Positions 15,717-22,038 of a stretch of 33,813 bases of DNA are shown here, one piece after another. Below the pieces are notes generated by a model. The model was not told where the DNA came from, did not search any database, and was given only the letters and a program-made list of their open reading frames with translations. Made by a program: the position numbers and the translations under genes. Every line of letters begins with the position of its first letter. Within the stretch, counting starts at the first letter, position 1. Source of the DNA: a virus; IMG/VR virus record IMGVR_UViG_3300030503_000155. One strand, written 5' to 3'.

Positions 15717-15974
15717 ATGAAATCAACAACCAAACGGATTAATATAAACCTAACCAAAAAATCAGAATCTCAATTAAAATTTTTAATGGATTTTTGGGGT
15801 GAAAACTACACGCAAAGCATATCAACTTGTATCAATGCTATGCACGAATGGGTTACGCAAACCCAACATCCCGTGTTTAACTCAGTTGAACATACCCGTT
15901 CGATAGACGTCTCTTTATCATCACTTGTAAGTGAGTCTGGCGTTCACATTCTGAAACAAAATGATGTTTCTTAA
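15717..15974 (+). CDS. Ribbon-helix-helix (CopG/Arc-like) DNA-binding protein
   Basis: Internal ATG of the track ORF: MKSTTKRININLTKKSESQLKFLMDFWGENYTQSISTCINAMH, which reads as beta-strand, helix, helix. The C-terminal 32 codons overlap the convergent WGR gene. Confidence 0.5.
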   Translation: MKSTTKRININLTKKSESQLKFLMDFWGENYTQSISTCINAMHEWVTQTQHPVFNSVEHTRSIDVSLSSLVSESGVHILKQNDVS

Positions 15975-16134
15975 TGATGTTCTTTTGGTTACCGCCTTTA
16001 TGCAGCACGATGATTGGGGCATCGAACATGTCTTTCTCAAGTGAGATGTAATAGTACCGGCCGTTGGTCGGATTTTCGAATTTTAACATATGCCACCGTA
16101 TAGAGTTCAGGCCGTCCGGTGGCTGGGAGTACAA
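15877..16134 (-). CDS. Stand-alone WGR-domain protein
   Basis: 85 aa, TTG start (ATG alternative at 16089). GRYYYISLEKDMFDAPIIVLHKGGNQKN..HHFVSECERQTHLQVMIKRRLSNGYVQ fits the WGR pattern (RfY.l.l..dLFg...l.r.wGRiG......f.s...A......K.rrGY). Confidence 0.55.
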   Translation of the reverse strand: MYSQPPDGLNSIRWHMLKFENPTNGRYYYISLEKDMFDAPIIVLHKGGNQKNIIKKHHFVSECERQTHLQVMIKRRLSNGYVQLS

Positions 16135-16137
16135 ATA

Positions 16138-16341
16138 ATGCTAGAAAATATCACAAGTGTTTTAATAATTATATTTATATTTTATAAATTTGGAATAATA
16201 AAGGATGCAATTGTAAGTTTATTATGCTGGTCAGGAATTATATTAGCGATATGGATTATTTTCACCAACCCATATTTGTTATTTATTGCAGGGTTATTTA
16301 TTTTTATTTCAAGTATATGCTCTAGTTGTCGATGTGGTTAG
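16138..16341 (+). CDS. Small 3-TM membrane protein (67 aa), holin-like topology
   Basis: Internal ATG of track ORF 16090..16341, with a GGGAG RBS 8 nt upstream. It contains three hydrophobic helices. An 83-codon stop-free frame in ~75% AT DNA is unlikely by chance. Confidence 0.5.
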   Translation: MLENITSVLIIIFIFYKFGIIKDAIVSLLCWSGIILAIWIIFTNPYLLFIAGLFIFISSICSSCRCG

Positions 16342-16648
16342 TAGCATCCCAATGTATCTTTACGTTAATCTCAAAATCAGTAGGCAATCTAATCATATTT
16401 GATATTGATTGCTCTGAAATATTCGGCAAGCTACCGGCAACTTGCGTTAACTTAGCTTCGGCATTCGGATCCGCAATAATTGTCTGTATCAGCGAAGGAA
16501 GATCTTTCTTCTGGCATTCGAACGCACTTGAAACCAAATTAAGCGCAACGGATGCTATTGCGGGTATTGGACAACCAAGGGCTGTCGCAACTATTGGCGC
16601 GAACTTCTCAATTATCGGGAAAGCATCAGCTAGGATTTCTTTAAACAT
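16322..16648 (-). CDS. Lysis-associated protein (possible holin/holin-partner)
   Basis: 108 aa overlapping the endolysin stop. It has a hydrophobic segment FAPIVATALGCPIPAIASVALNLVSSAF, and IADPNAEAKLTQV recalls the N-terminal part of GTA-type 3TM holins. Confidence 0.45.
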   Translation of the reverse strand: MFKEILADAFPIIEKFAPIVATALGCPIPAIASVALNLVSSAFECQKKDLPSLIQTIIADPNAEAKLTQVAGSLPNISEQSISNMIRLPTDFEINVKIHWDATNHIDN

Positions 16649-17153
16649 CGTAGGATCCTGTCAACATAGCGTTAGACAAAGTAGCAGCGCGCCCTTTTAC
16701 TTCACGCGCCCATTCGGAGTCCAACATAGCTTTAGCCGCTCCCGCGTAATCATGGCTAGCCAGGGCTTCAAGCATTGTGTGAAATTCTTGAAGCTTCTTG
16801 TATCCCATAAAGCTCATATCCACCAGTGCAATCTGGCGATCTTCATTAAGCTGCATAAACCAAGGGTAATCCCTTACGAAACAGCTATATAAATAATGCA
16901 CATCATCAGAATACTGTTGATCAATCCAAGTATTACCAATACCGCGTTCGGACAAATTATATCCAATTCCGATCGTGATTCGGCCCGTAGTATCGACATA
17001 ACAGAAGTTCTCACGGCCTTCATGCAGTGTCAATGACCGCTTGAGCTTCACAAAAGTTTGATCTGGCATCGTGCTCGGAATTGTCATGCGTATCATCCAT
17101 GAGTTGTAAAGAAAATCGAGTTCGGCAAGGCTTGCCACATTGTAGGCATACAA
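16641..17153 (-). CDS. Endolysin, GH24 (T4/lambda-type lysozyme)
   Basis: LTLHEGRENFCYVDTTGRITIGIGYNL carries the Glu / Asp / Thr-containing EG...Y.D..G..TIGIG signature. The start is uncertain: TTG at 17153, or ATG at 17096 or 17087. Confidence 0.88.
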   Translation of the reverse strand: MYAYNVASLAELDFLYNSWMIRMTIPSTMPDQTFVKLKRSLTLHEGRENFCYVDTTGRITIGIGYNLSERGIGNTWIDQQYSDDVHYLYSCFVRDYPWFMQLNEDRQIALVDMSFMGYKKLQEFHTMLEALASHDYAGAAKAMLDSEWAREVKGRAATLSNAMLTGSYDV

Positions 17154-17231
17154 ATCGTTCTAGGACAACTTCCACATCTTGTGAGCAACAATTACTAACG
17201 ATCATTACTAAAAATCTTCCATGAATTTTTA

Positions 17232-17264
17232 CATAAAAAAATCCCAACGTTTTAAGTTGGGATT
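17232..17264 (-). terminator. Rho-independent terminator (minus strand) after the VRR-NUC gene
   Basis: Perfect 9-bp stem AATCCCAAC/GTTGGGATT (17240..17264) with a 7-nt loop. On the minus strand it is followed by TTTTTTTATG. Confidence 0.7.
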
Positions 17265-17341
17265 AAAACGACGATATTGCACAAACAAGGAGTAGAACAG
17301 GAAAATGTAAAAATATACAATTTATCAAATCACTTACCAGT

Positions 17342-17734
17342 CTACATGTTGAGATATTCGATGACAACTTGTTTTGCATGCTCAAATCCTAAGCAACATT
17401 CCGCGGCGTAACCTTGATTTCTTAATTTTACCAGCCAATCTCGCTGCGCAGGTGACAATATCCCACCAGATACCCGTTTAAGCTCGATATAAAGCCCGTG
17501 GTGGCATTTTGTAGGAACAGGGAGGCACAAGTCAGGGACACCAGCCTTGACGCCTGTACGCTTTAATTTGCAGCCTTCAGTAAATGAGCGCTTACCACCG
17601 TTCGGAATTGCATAGTGCAATATGCGGTTCTTCTCAAGCCAAGTTACTAGCAAGGTCTGCTCTTGGTCTTCGGTTGGATGTAGGTTTACTATCCTTGGTT
17701 TCTTCTTGAGCAGCGCCATCCTTGGCTTCTCCAT
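17342..17734 (-). CDS. VRR-NUC domain nuclease
   Basis: EDQEQTLLVTWL...AIPNGGKR...GVKAGVPDLCL...GLYIELKRVSGGILSPAQRDWLVKLRNQGYAAECCLGFEHA matches VRR-NUC (PD-(D/E)XK) motifs. Confidence 0.88.
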   Translation of the reverse strand: MEKPRMALLKKKPRIVNLHPTEDQEQTLLVTWLEKNRILHYAIPNGGKRSFTEGCKLKRTGVKAGVPDLCLPVPTKCHHGLYIELKRVSGGILSPAQRDWLVKLRNQGYAAECCLGFEHAKQVVIEYLNM

Positions 17735-17810
17735 ATAGGTTTTTTAGTTCTGCAAAGTACTTTGTCTTGTAGCGTTTGCTTCTTTGGGACCATTCTAACT
17801 TTTCTTGCAT
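17634..17810 (-). CDS. Possible 58-aa ORF overlapping the VRR-NUC 5' end
   Basis: An AGGA lies 9 nt upstream. MQEKLEWSQRSKRYKTKYFAELKNLY looks protein-like, but the remaining 32 aa are an out-of-frame read of VRR-NUC. Confidence 0.3.
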   Translation of the reverse strand: MQEKLEWSQRSKRYKTKYFAELKNLYGEAKDGAAQEETKDSKPTSNRRPRADLASNLA

Positions 17811-17902
17811 ATATCATCATCCTTGAAGGTTCTATGTGAAACATTAACACCGACAAAATAACCTGCGGTAGCCGCATTTTAGGCAGGGTGTGTATTTGTC
17901 CA

Positions 17903-18142
17903 TCATAATTCACATAGCTCTTTAAAACTTATATCATTAAATTTACATATTTTCTGTAACAATTCAATTTCTGCGCAATCTGGAAAAAATATTCTAGCTT
18001 GTGTCTTTAATTTGGTAAATAATTTTGCAATAACCTGCGACATACCATCACCCCATTCGATTTCAGGGTAATACAACTTTTTAAGTCTATTGCAAATTTC
18101 TGCACCCAGATTGATTTCTGGGTATTTTTCATTTTCTGCCAT
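17903..18142 (-). CDS. Hypothetical protein (79 aa)
   Basis: ATG ORF in operon register. No family recognised. Confidence 0.55.
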   Translation of the reverse strand: MAENEKYPEINLGAEICNRLKKLYYPEIEWGDGMSQVIAKLFTKLKTQARIFFPDCAEIELLQKICKFNDISFKELCEL

Positions 18143-18162
18143 ACAACATCCGTGTTGCTTGG

Positions 18163-18951
18163 TTAATTGTAGACGCTATCCCTTTTCCCGTGGTTCATTT
18201 CCCATACTGGGTGCCCGGGCCCATACTCGGGAACAGTACTCTTGACCTCGATCTTACTGCCAGACGCTTTTGATTTTTGGTTGTAATCGAACGCGGACTT
18301 AAGCCAGCGCTGAAACTCGTACTGTGTCTTTTTGCCTTTGTGGCGGTTCTCGAAGCTTTTAAGTTCGGCGGTTAAATCTAGCTTCAGGTCTTTGGCTAGT
18401 GCAGTGCTTTCTTTGTCAGGTTTAAAAATTGAGAGAGGAGCGCGTTTTTTGCGCGAGCCCTCTCTTTCTTTTTCTTTATTGGTTATATCTTTCTTTAGTA
18501 GTGGGTACATATCCGCGGACGCGGAAAGCGCGGGAGTGGACTTATCCACAGATTTACTACTATTTGTAACCATATCCGCGTTTTTTGCGGGAGTGGTTTT
18601 TTCTTTAATAAATGGCTCGTGAGGATTAAATTTTGTACCATTCAAAATACGTATACGGGTTTCTATATATTTACCTGTTTCCTTATCTGATATTTTTTCG
18701 TACTCAACAAGACCGCATCGATTTAAATAAGACCAGACATAATCAGCCTTTCTTTTTCCAACTCCACATATTTTTTGAGTAAATTCTTTGATTACTTTCC
18801 AGTCTCTACTTTTGGAAAAACTAAACGCCCATACTCTAAAAGCGTCATTGTCTTTTATATGCTCAATAACAAAATTACTAATTTGCGCGAAGGGGACATT
18901 TTCTGGAATAACTTGGTATGCATCTGATAATTTTTCGACTGACATAATCAA
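18163..18951 (-). CDS. Winged-helix DNA-binding protein, putative replication initiator/organiser
   Basis: 262 aa. It has an N-terminal wHTH (ICGVGKRKADYVWSYLNRCGLVEYEKISDKETGKY), a low-complexity K/S linker and a C-terminal basic region. This layout resembles phage and plasmid Rep/DnaD-like initiators. Confidence 0.45.
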   Translation of the reverse strand: MIMSVEKLSDAYQVIPENVPFAQISNFVIEHIKDNDAFRVWAFSFSKSRDWKVIKEFTQKICGVGKRKADYVWSYLNRCGLVEYEKISDKETGKYIETRIRILNGTKFNPHEPFIKEKTTPAKNADMVTNSSKSVDKSTPALSASADMYPLLKKDITNKEKEREGSRKKRAPLSIFKPDKESTALAKDLKLDLTAELKSFENRHKGKKTQYEFQRWLKSAFDYNQKSKASGSKIEVKSTVPEYGPGHPVWEMNHGKRDSVYN

Positions 18952-18966
18952 AATCCTTTTAATTAA

Positions 18967-19209
18967 TTAAATTTTTACAACTATTTTATTACCACGAAAT
19001 CTACCATTAGAATTTTTTTCATAAATGTACTCTATTAGTAAGTTTTTATTGAGCCAACTTAATGTTTTGTTAATCTTGTCTTGTCCTACTTTAAAATGTT
19101 CTTGTAAATGTTTTCTTGTAATTGAAATACCAGATGGATAGTTTAATAAATAAACATAAATACCTAAATGAAATGCATCAGGAATGGAACGAATTATTTC
19201 TTCTTTCAT
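18967..19209 (-). CDS. Stand-alone winged-helix DNA-binding protein (repressor or Rep-accessory)
   Basis: 80 aa. HFKVGQDKINKTLSWLNKNLLIEYIYEKNSNGRFRGNKIVV parallels the wHTH of the next gene. It is the first gene leftward of the divergent control region. Confidence 0.55.
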   Translation of the reverse strand: MKEEIIRSIPDAFHLGIYVYLLNYPSGISITRKHLQEHFKVGQDKINKTLSWLNKNLLIEYIYEKNSNGRFRGNKIVVKI

Positions 19210-19232
19210 TGTTAGCCTTTTTCAATTATGAG

Positions 19233-19260
19233 TTGACCTATTCATAATCCAGGCTATAAT
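19233..19260 (+). promoter_or_regulatory. Near-consensus sigma70 promoter (plus strand)
   Basis: TTGACC (19233..19238), 16 nt, TATAAT (19255..19260). It lies ~255 nt upstream of the first plus-strand gene. Confidence 0.55.
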
Positions 19261-19286
19261 TGCATTTGGTTGTTATGCATTATAGC
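19253..19286. repeat. Inverted repeat placing TATAAT boxes on both strands (operator-like)
   Basis: GCTATAATTGCAT-N9-ATGCATTATAGC, with arms complementary apart from one extra T. Confidence 0.7.
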
Positions 19287-19318
19287 TTCGATTGTGACAA
19301 ATCAGGTTAGTTTTTATA

Positions 19319-19343
19319 CTCGCGCCGCTTAACACGGTGCGAG
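19319..19343 (+). promoter_or_regulatory. 9-bp GC-rich hairpin (terminator/attenuator-like)
   Basis: CTCGCGCCG-CTTAACA-CGGTGCGAG with one G-T wobble, followed by ATTCGATTGTATATTTT. TTCGATTGT copies flank it on both sides. Confidence 0.45.
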
Positions 19344-19439
19344 ATTCGATTGTATATTTTAAATCATATCTTAAACATATCCCATCTCAGATTTTATAAA
19401 TTCTTTATATCCGTAGGGCATAAAAATCCTTTAAATCCA

Positions 19440-19467
19440 TTGAAAAACTTTCAATATATGATATGAT
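19440..19467 (+). promoter_or_regulatory. Candidate sigma70 promoter for early operon 2
   Basis: TTGAAA, 16 nt, TATGAT, ~48 nt upstream of the RHH gene ATG. Confidence 0.5.
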
Positions 19468-19515
19468 GCGAAATATAGTTTAACTGAAAACAATTTAAAA
19501 TAAAAGGAGATTGCA

Positions 19516-19686
19516 ATGGAAGATCTAAAGACGTTTAATATACGCGTTCCCATCGAATTATGGTCATTCTTGAAGAAAAGATCTGTTGACGTGGAAATGC
19601 CGATGAATTCTATATTGTGTTCGTTATTGAAGAAATATAAGAAAAGTTTAGAAACTACTTTACAAGCTGATGATGCTAAATTATAA
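19516..19686 (+). CDS. Ribbon-helix-helix (Arc/CopG-like) regulator (56 aa)
   Basis: Hand-called with an AAGGAG RBS: MEDLKTFNIRVPIELWSFLKKRSVDVEMPMNSILCSLLKKYKK..., which reads as an RHH beta-strand plus two helices. Confidence 0.6.
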   Translation: MEDLKTFNIRVPIELWSFLKKRSVDVEMPMNSILCSLLKKYKKSLETTLQADDAKL

Positions 19687-19722
19687 TAGCATTTCAATAT
19701 TAACAATGACGGAAAACAGAAA

Positions 19723-19953
19723 ATGCACATCAATTTAACAAAAGAAATCTTAAAAGAACAAGCTGAATTATTACAAACAATCAGTGTACGAGAAGACGCG
19801 CATACCGATGGTGAAATCAAATTAGCAATGTCATGCTGTTTAGATGTTATTTCTGAAACATATGGTTATGCGTCTTATAGACAATTAAGTGCAGCAATTG
19901 ATCATGATATAGATATTAAAACTAGAGTGAAAGAATATTACGAAAAAGCTTAA
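19723..19953 (+). CDS. Hypothetical early protein (76 aa)
   Basis: The track ORF. No family recognised. Confidence 0.55.
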   Translation: MHINLTKEILKEQAELLQTISVREDAHTDGEIKLAMSCCLDVISETYGYASYRQLSAAIDHDIDIKTRVKEYYEKA

Positions 19954-19972
19954 TTAATTTAAGGAATTTAAA

Positions 19973-20170
19973 ATGATAGTAGAAAAAAAAGATGTGATTG
20001 ATGTTTTAAACCAATTGATTCCTAAGTTGCAACAGTTGATTGAAAAATTAGAAACATCTGACAAAGCAAGAACAAAAGACCATGAATTTCTTGAAGCTCT
20101 TTATAAAAATTTCAAAAAAGATATAGGAATTATCGATATTTCTTTGATTGGAATTGATATTTTTATGTAA
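19973..20170 (+). CDS. Hypothetical coiled-coil protein (65 aa)
   Basis: The track ORF, with an AAGGA RBS. Confidence 0.55.
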   Translation: MIVEKKDVIDVLNQLIPKLQQLIEKLETSDKARTKDHEFLEALYKNFKKDIGIIDISLIGIDIFM

Positions 20171-20178
20171 TTAACAGC

Positions 20179-20209
20179 GGCCCAAAAGATGCATCAACAT
20201 CTCAGGGCC
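20179..20209 (+). other. Two-tier intergenic hairpin
   Basis: An outer GGCCC/GGGCC stem and an inner AGATG/CATCT stem with a 6-nt loop. There is no U-tract. Confidence 0.35.
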
Positions 20210-20237
20210 TATCATAAATTAACGGACGAGGTCAAAT

Positions 20238-20444
20238 ATGACTACGCAAAGAGTACAGCAATTATCATCTACAGAGCAAGCACATAGTTGCGCTGTAGAT
20301 TTAGTGAACAAGATAGCGTCACTAAAATTAGCAAAAAACTGGGATTATGAATCCCTAGATTTAAGTCATGCAGAATTGAAGAGCATGTTTAGGTCAGTTG
20401 AACCATGGATTGAATATAGTTTAATCAAGGACGGTGGATTATGA
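20238..20444 (+). CDS. Hypothetical protein (68 aa)
   Basis: The track ORF, with a GAGG RBS. Confidence 0.55.
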   Translation: MTTQRVQQLSSTEQAHSCAVDLVNKIASLKLAKNWDYESLDLSHAELKSMFRSVEPWIEYSLIKDGGL

Positions 20445-20848
20445 TACCTAAGTACATGTACCGCAAGGAAATTACAGCACTAGTGGATTCACTTATACGC
20501 TGCGGCTATGAATCCTACGCAACCCTCGAAGAAGTTGATAAAGACTTTCTCACCGCTGAATGCCTCAAAGCGCTTGGCACAGACTGCTACAACGCAATCA
20601 TCGAGCACGATAACTTTGAAGCCACGGTTGAACACTTCGTGCGATATCTTTTGAAAGGCTCGCACTCTCAAGCATATGAACTTGCAGAAACAATGCGCAA
20701 GAATGCCGTTGAACATTTCACATATGAGATGGATCAATTGTTTGCGGAGCGCGTTGCTGATAAGCGCGTGGAACAATACATAGAGGCCGGTTTACGGCCT
20801 ACAAGACACCTGGATAACGGGGAAATTCGATGGACGGCCGCACCATGA
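20441..20848 (+). CDS. Hypothetical protein (135 aa)
   Basis: The track ORF, with an ATGA overlap upstream. It is visibly more GC-rich than its neighbours. Confidence 0.6.
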   Translation: MIPKYMYRKEITALVDSLIRCGYESYATLEEVDKDFLTAECLKALGTDCYNAIIEHDNFEATVEHFVRYLLKGSHSQAYELAETMRKNAVEHFTYEMDQLFAERVADKRVEQYIEAGLRPTRHLDNGEIRWTAAP

Positions 20849-21003
20849 GCCGTCTAATTAATCACGACTTTAAGGAGAGAAGCAAGGTGCATAAAAGTGT
20901 ATTGATTTTAGACTCAGCGATTATCGCGGCGCTATTAGTCGTGATTAGCATGACGATCTATGTGTGTTTTATTGAGATTTCGAATATTTGTGTAGGGGTG
21001 TGA
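20845..21003 (+). CDS. Small single-pass membrane protein (52 aa; a GTG start giving 38 aa is possible)
   Basis: Hand-called: MSRLINHDFKERSKVHKSVLILDSAIIAALLVVISMTIYVCFIEISNICVGV. ATGA overlap upstream. Confidence 0.45.
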   Translation: MSRLINHDFKERSKVHKSVLILDSAIIAALLVVISMTIYVCFIEISNICVGV

Positions 21004-21004
21004 T

Positions 21005-21880
21005 ATGTGTGCGTTAAGAGCAAAGAAACCAGAAAAGATAGAGAAACGGTTAAAAGCATTATTTTATGGAATGGCAGGTGTTGGCAAAACCACAGCAAGC
21101 ATCCAGTTTGCAGCACCATACCTAATTGACACAGAGAAAGGCGCAGAGAACGATCAGTACATCAAGATCCTGCAAGACAATGGCGGCGCGATATTCCAGA
21201 CATCATGCTTTGATGAATTACTGAAAGAGGTCAAGTCATTATTGACCGAGAAACACGAATACAAGACTTTAGTGATAGATCCTCTAACCACGCTATATCA
21301 CGACCTGCTAGACAAGTCAGCAAAGGAACGCATAAGCGATAAGGACCCGGATGGAACCGCGTTTGGCGGACATTACGGATCAGCCAATAAAAAAATGAAA
21401 CAGTTATTAAATTTGTTGCTTAGACTAGATATGAATGTAATTATTACAGCCCACGCGAAGAATGAATATGGAAGCAACCTTGTGGTGTTAGGTCAAACCT
21501 TCGATTGTTACAAAAAATTAGATTACCTATTCGATCTCGTGTTTGAAATCCAGAAACGCGGTAAAGATCGTATAGGGCTTATTAAGAAATCACGCATTGA
21601 ATCATTCCCAGATGGGGATCAATTCCCATTTAGCTATGATGAAATCGCAAAGCGTTATGGTCGCGACATTCTAGAGCGTGAAGCAGTAGCAGAAATCCTA
21701 GCAACACCTGATCAAATATCCGAATTATTACGCTTGGTAGACCTGCTTAAAATACCGGAAGAATCTACGCAAAAATGGTTAGACAAAGCCAACTCAAGTC
21801 GATTCGAAGAAATGCCTACTGATATTATCCAAAAATGCATTGATAGTCTTAAATCCAAAATACAAGGGAATGCAGAATGA
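21005..21880 (+). CDS. Sak4-like RecA-fold ATPase (AAA_24 family recombination protein)
   Basis: KALFYGMAGVGKTTASIQFAAPYLIDTEKG (Walker A), TLVIDPLT (Walker B), NVIITAHAK. It is paired with a downstream DUF669 SSB. Confidence 0.85.
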   Translation: MCALRAKKPEKIEKRLKALFYGMAGVGKTTASIQFAAPYLIDTEKGAENDQYIKILQDNGGAIFQTSCFDELLKEVKSLLTEKHEYKTLVIDPLTTLYHDLLDKSAKERISDKDPDGTAFGGHYGSANKKMKQLLNLLLRLDMNVIITAHAKNEYGSNLVVLGQTFDCYKKLDYLFDLVFEIQKRGKDRIGLIKKSRIESFPDGDQFPFSYDEIAKRYGRDILEREAVAEILATPDQISELLRLVDLLKIPEESTQKWLDKANSSRFEEMPTDIIQKCIDSLKSKIQGNAE

Positions 21881-22038
21881 CTCAACGAAAAATATTAACT
21901 GATCATATAAACGCCCCAATCCCAAATAGATCCTGGGATTGGGGCGTTTATTTTGAAGATGATAATGAACACGGAATTCACGAGTTTGGTAAAACCGAAC
22001 AAGAAGCTATTAATAATTTATTGGAGTATGTCGCATGA
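21877..22038 (+). CDS. Possible 53-aa ORF spanning a terminator-like inverted repeat
   Basis: ATGA overlaps at both ends support coding. However, it contains a perfect 16-bp hairpin plus T-tract, so it may be non-coding. Confidence 0.35.
   Translation: MTQRKILTDHINAPIPNRSWDWGVYFEDDNEHGIHEFGKTEQEAINNLLEYVA
21909..21957 (+). terminator. Strong intrinsic-terminator-like hairpin
   Basis: AAACGCCCCAATCCCA (21909..21924), a 9-nt loop, TGGGATTGGGGCGTTT (21934..21949), then ATTTTG. The 16-bp complementarity is perfect. Confidence 0.65.

Noticed and set aside
15250-15729. Three minus-strand ORFs (15250..15450, 15460..15729, 15513..15707)
   Set aside because: They are antisense to a chain of plus-strand early genes that have SD sites and coupled stops and starts, including the conserved Cys-rich paralog.
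16138-16341. Invertible-segment hypothesis for the opposite-strand 3-TM gene
   Set aside because: I found no convincing inverted repeats flanking the segment, and there is no recombinase gene in the genome.
16326-16892. 188-aa plus-strand ORF
   Set aside because: It is an antisense shadow of the endolysin and the 108-aa lysis-associated gene. It has no RBS, and the opposite strand carries a clear GH24 signature.
17020-17247. 75-aa minus-strand ORF upstream of the endolysin
   Set aside because: It starts inside the intrinsic terminator hairpin and overlaps the endolysin 5' region out of frame.
17689-17913. 74-aa minus-strand ORF bridging two genes
   Set aside because: It overlaps both neighbours and has an Arg/Lys-rich, out-of-frame-like composition. 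A different frame (17634..17810) has the better RBS.
19431-19820. 129-aa minus-strand ORF
   Set aside because: It runs antisense through the RHH gene, its RBS and the promoter region. The composition is AT-driven and rich in Phe, Ile and Ser, and the plus-strand genes have proper initiation signals.
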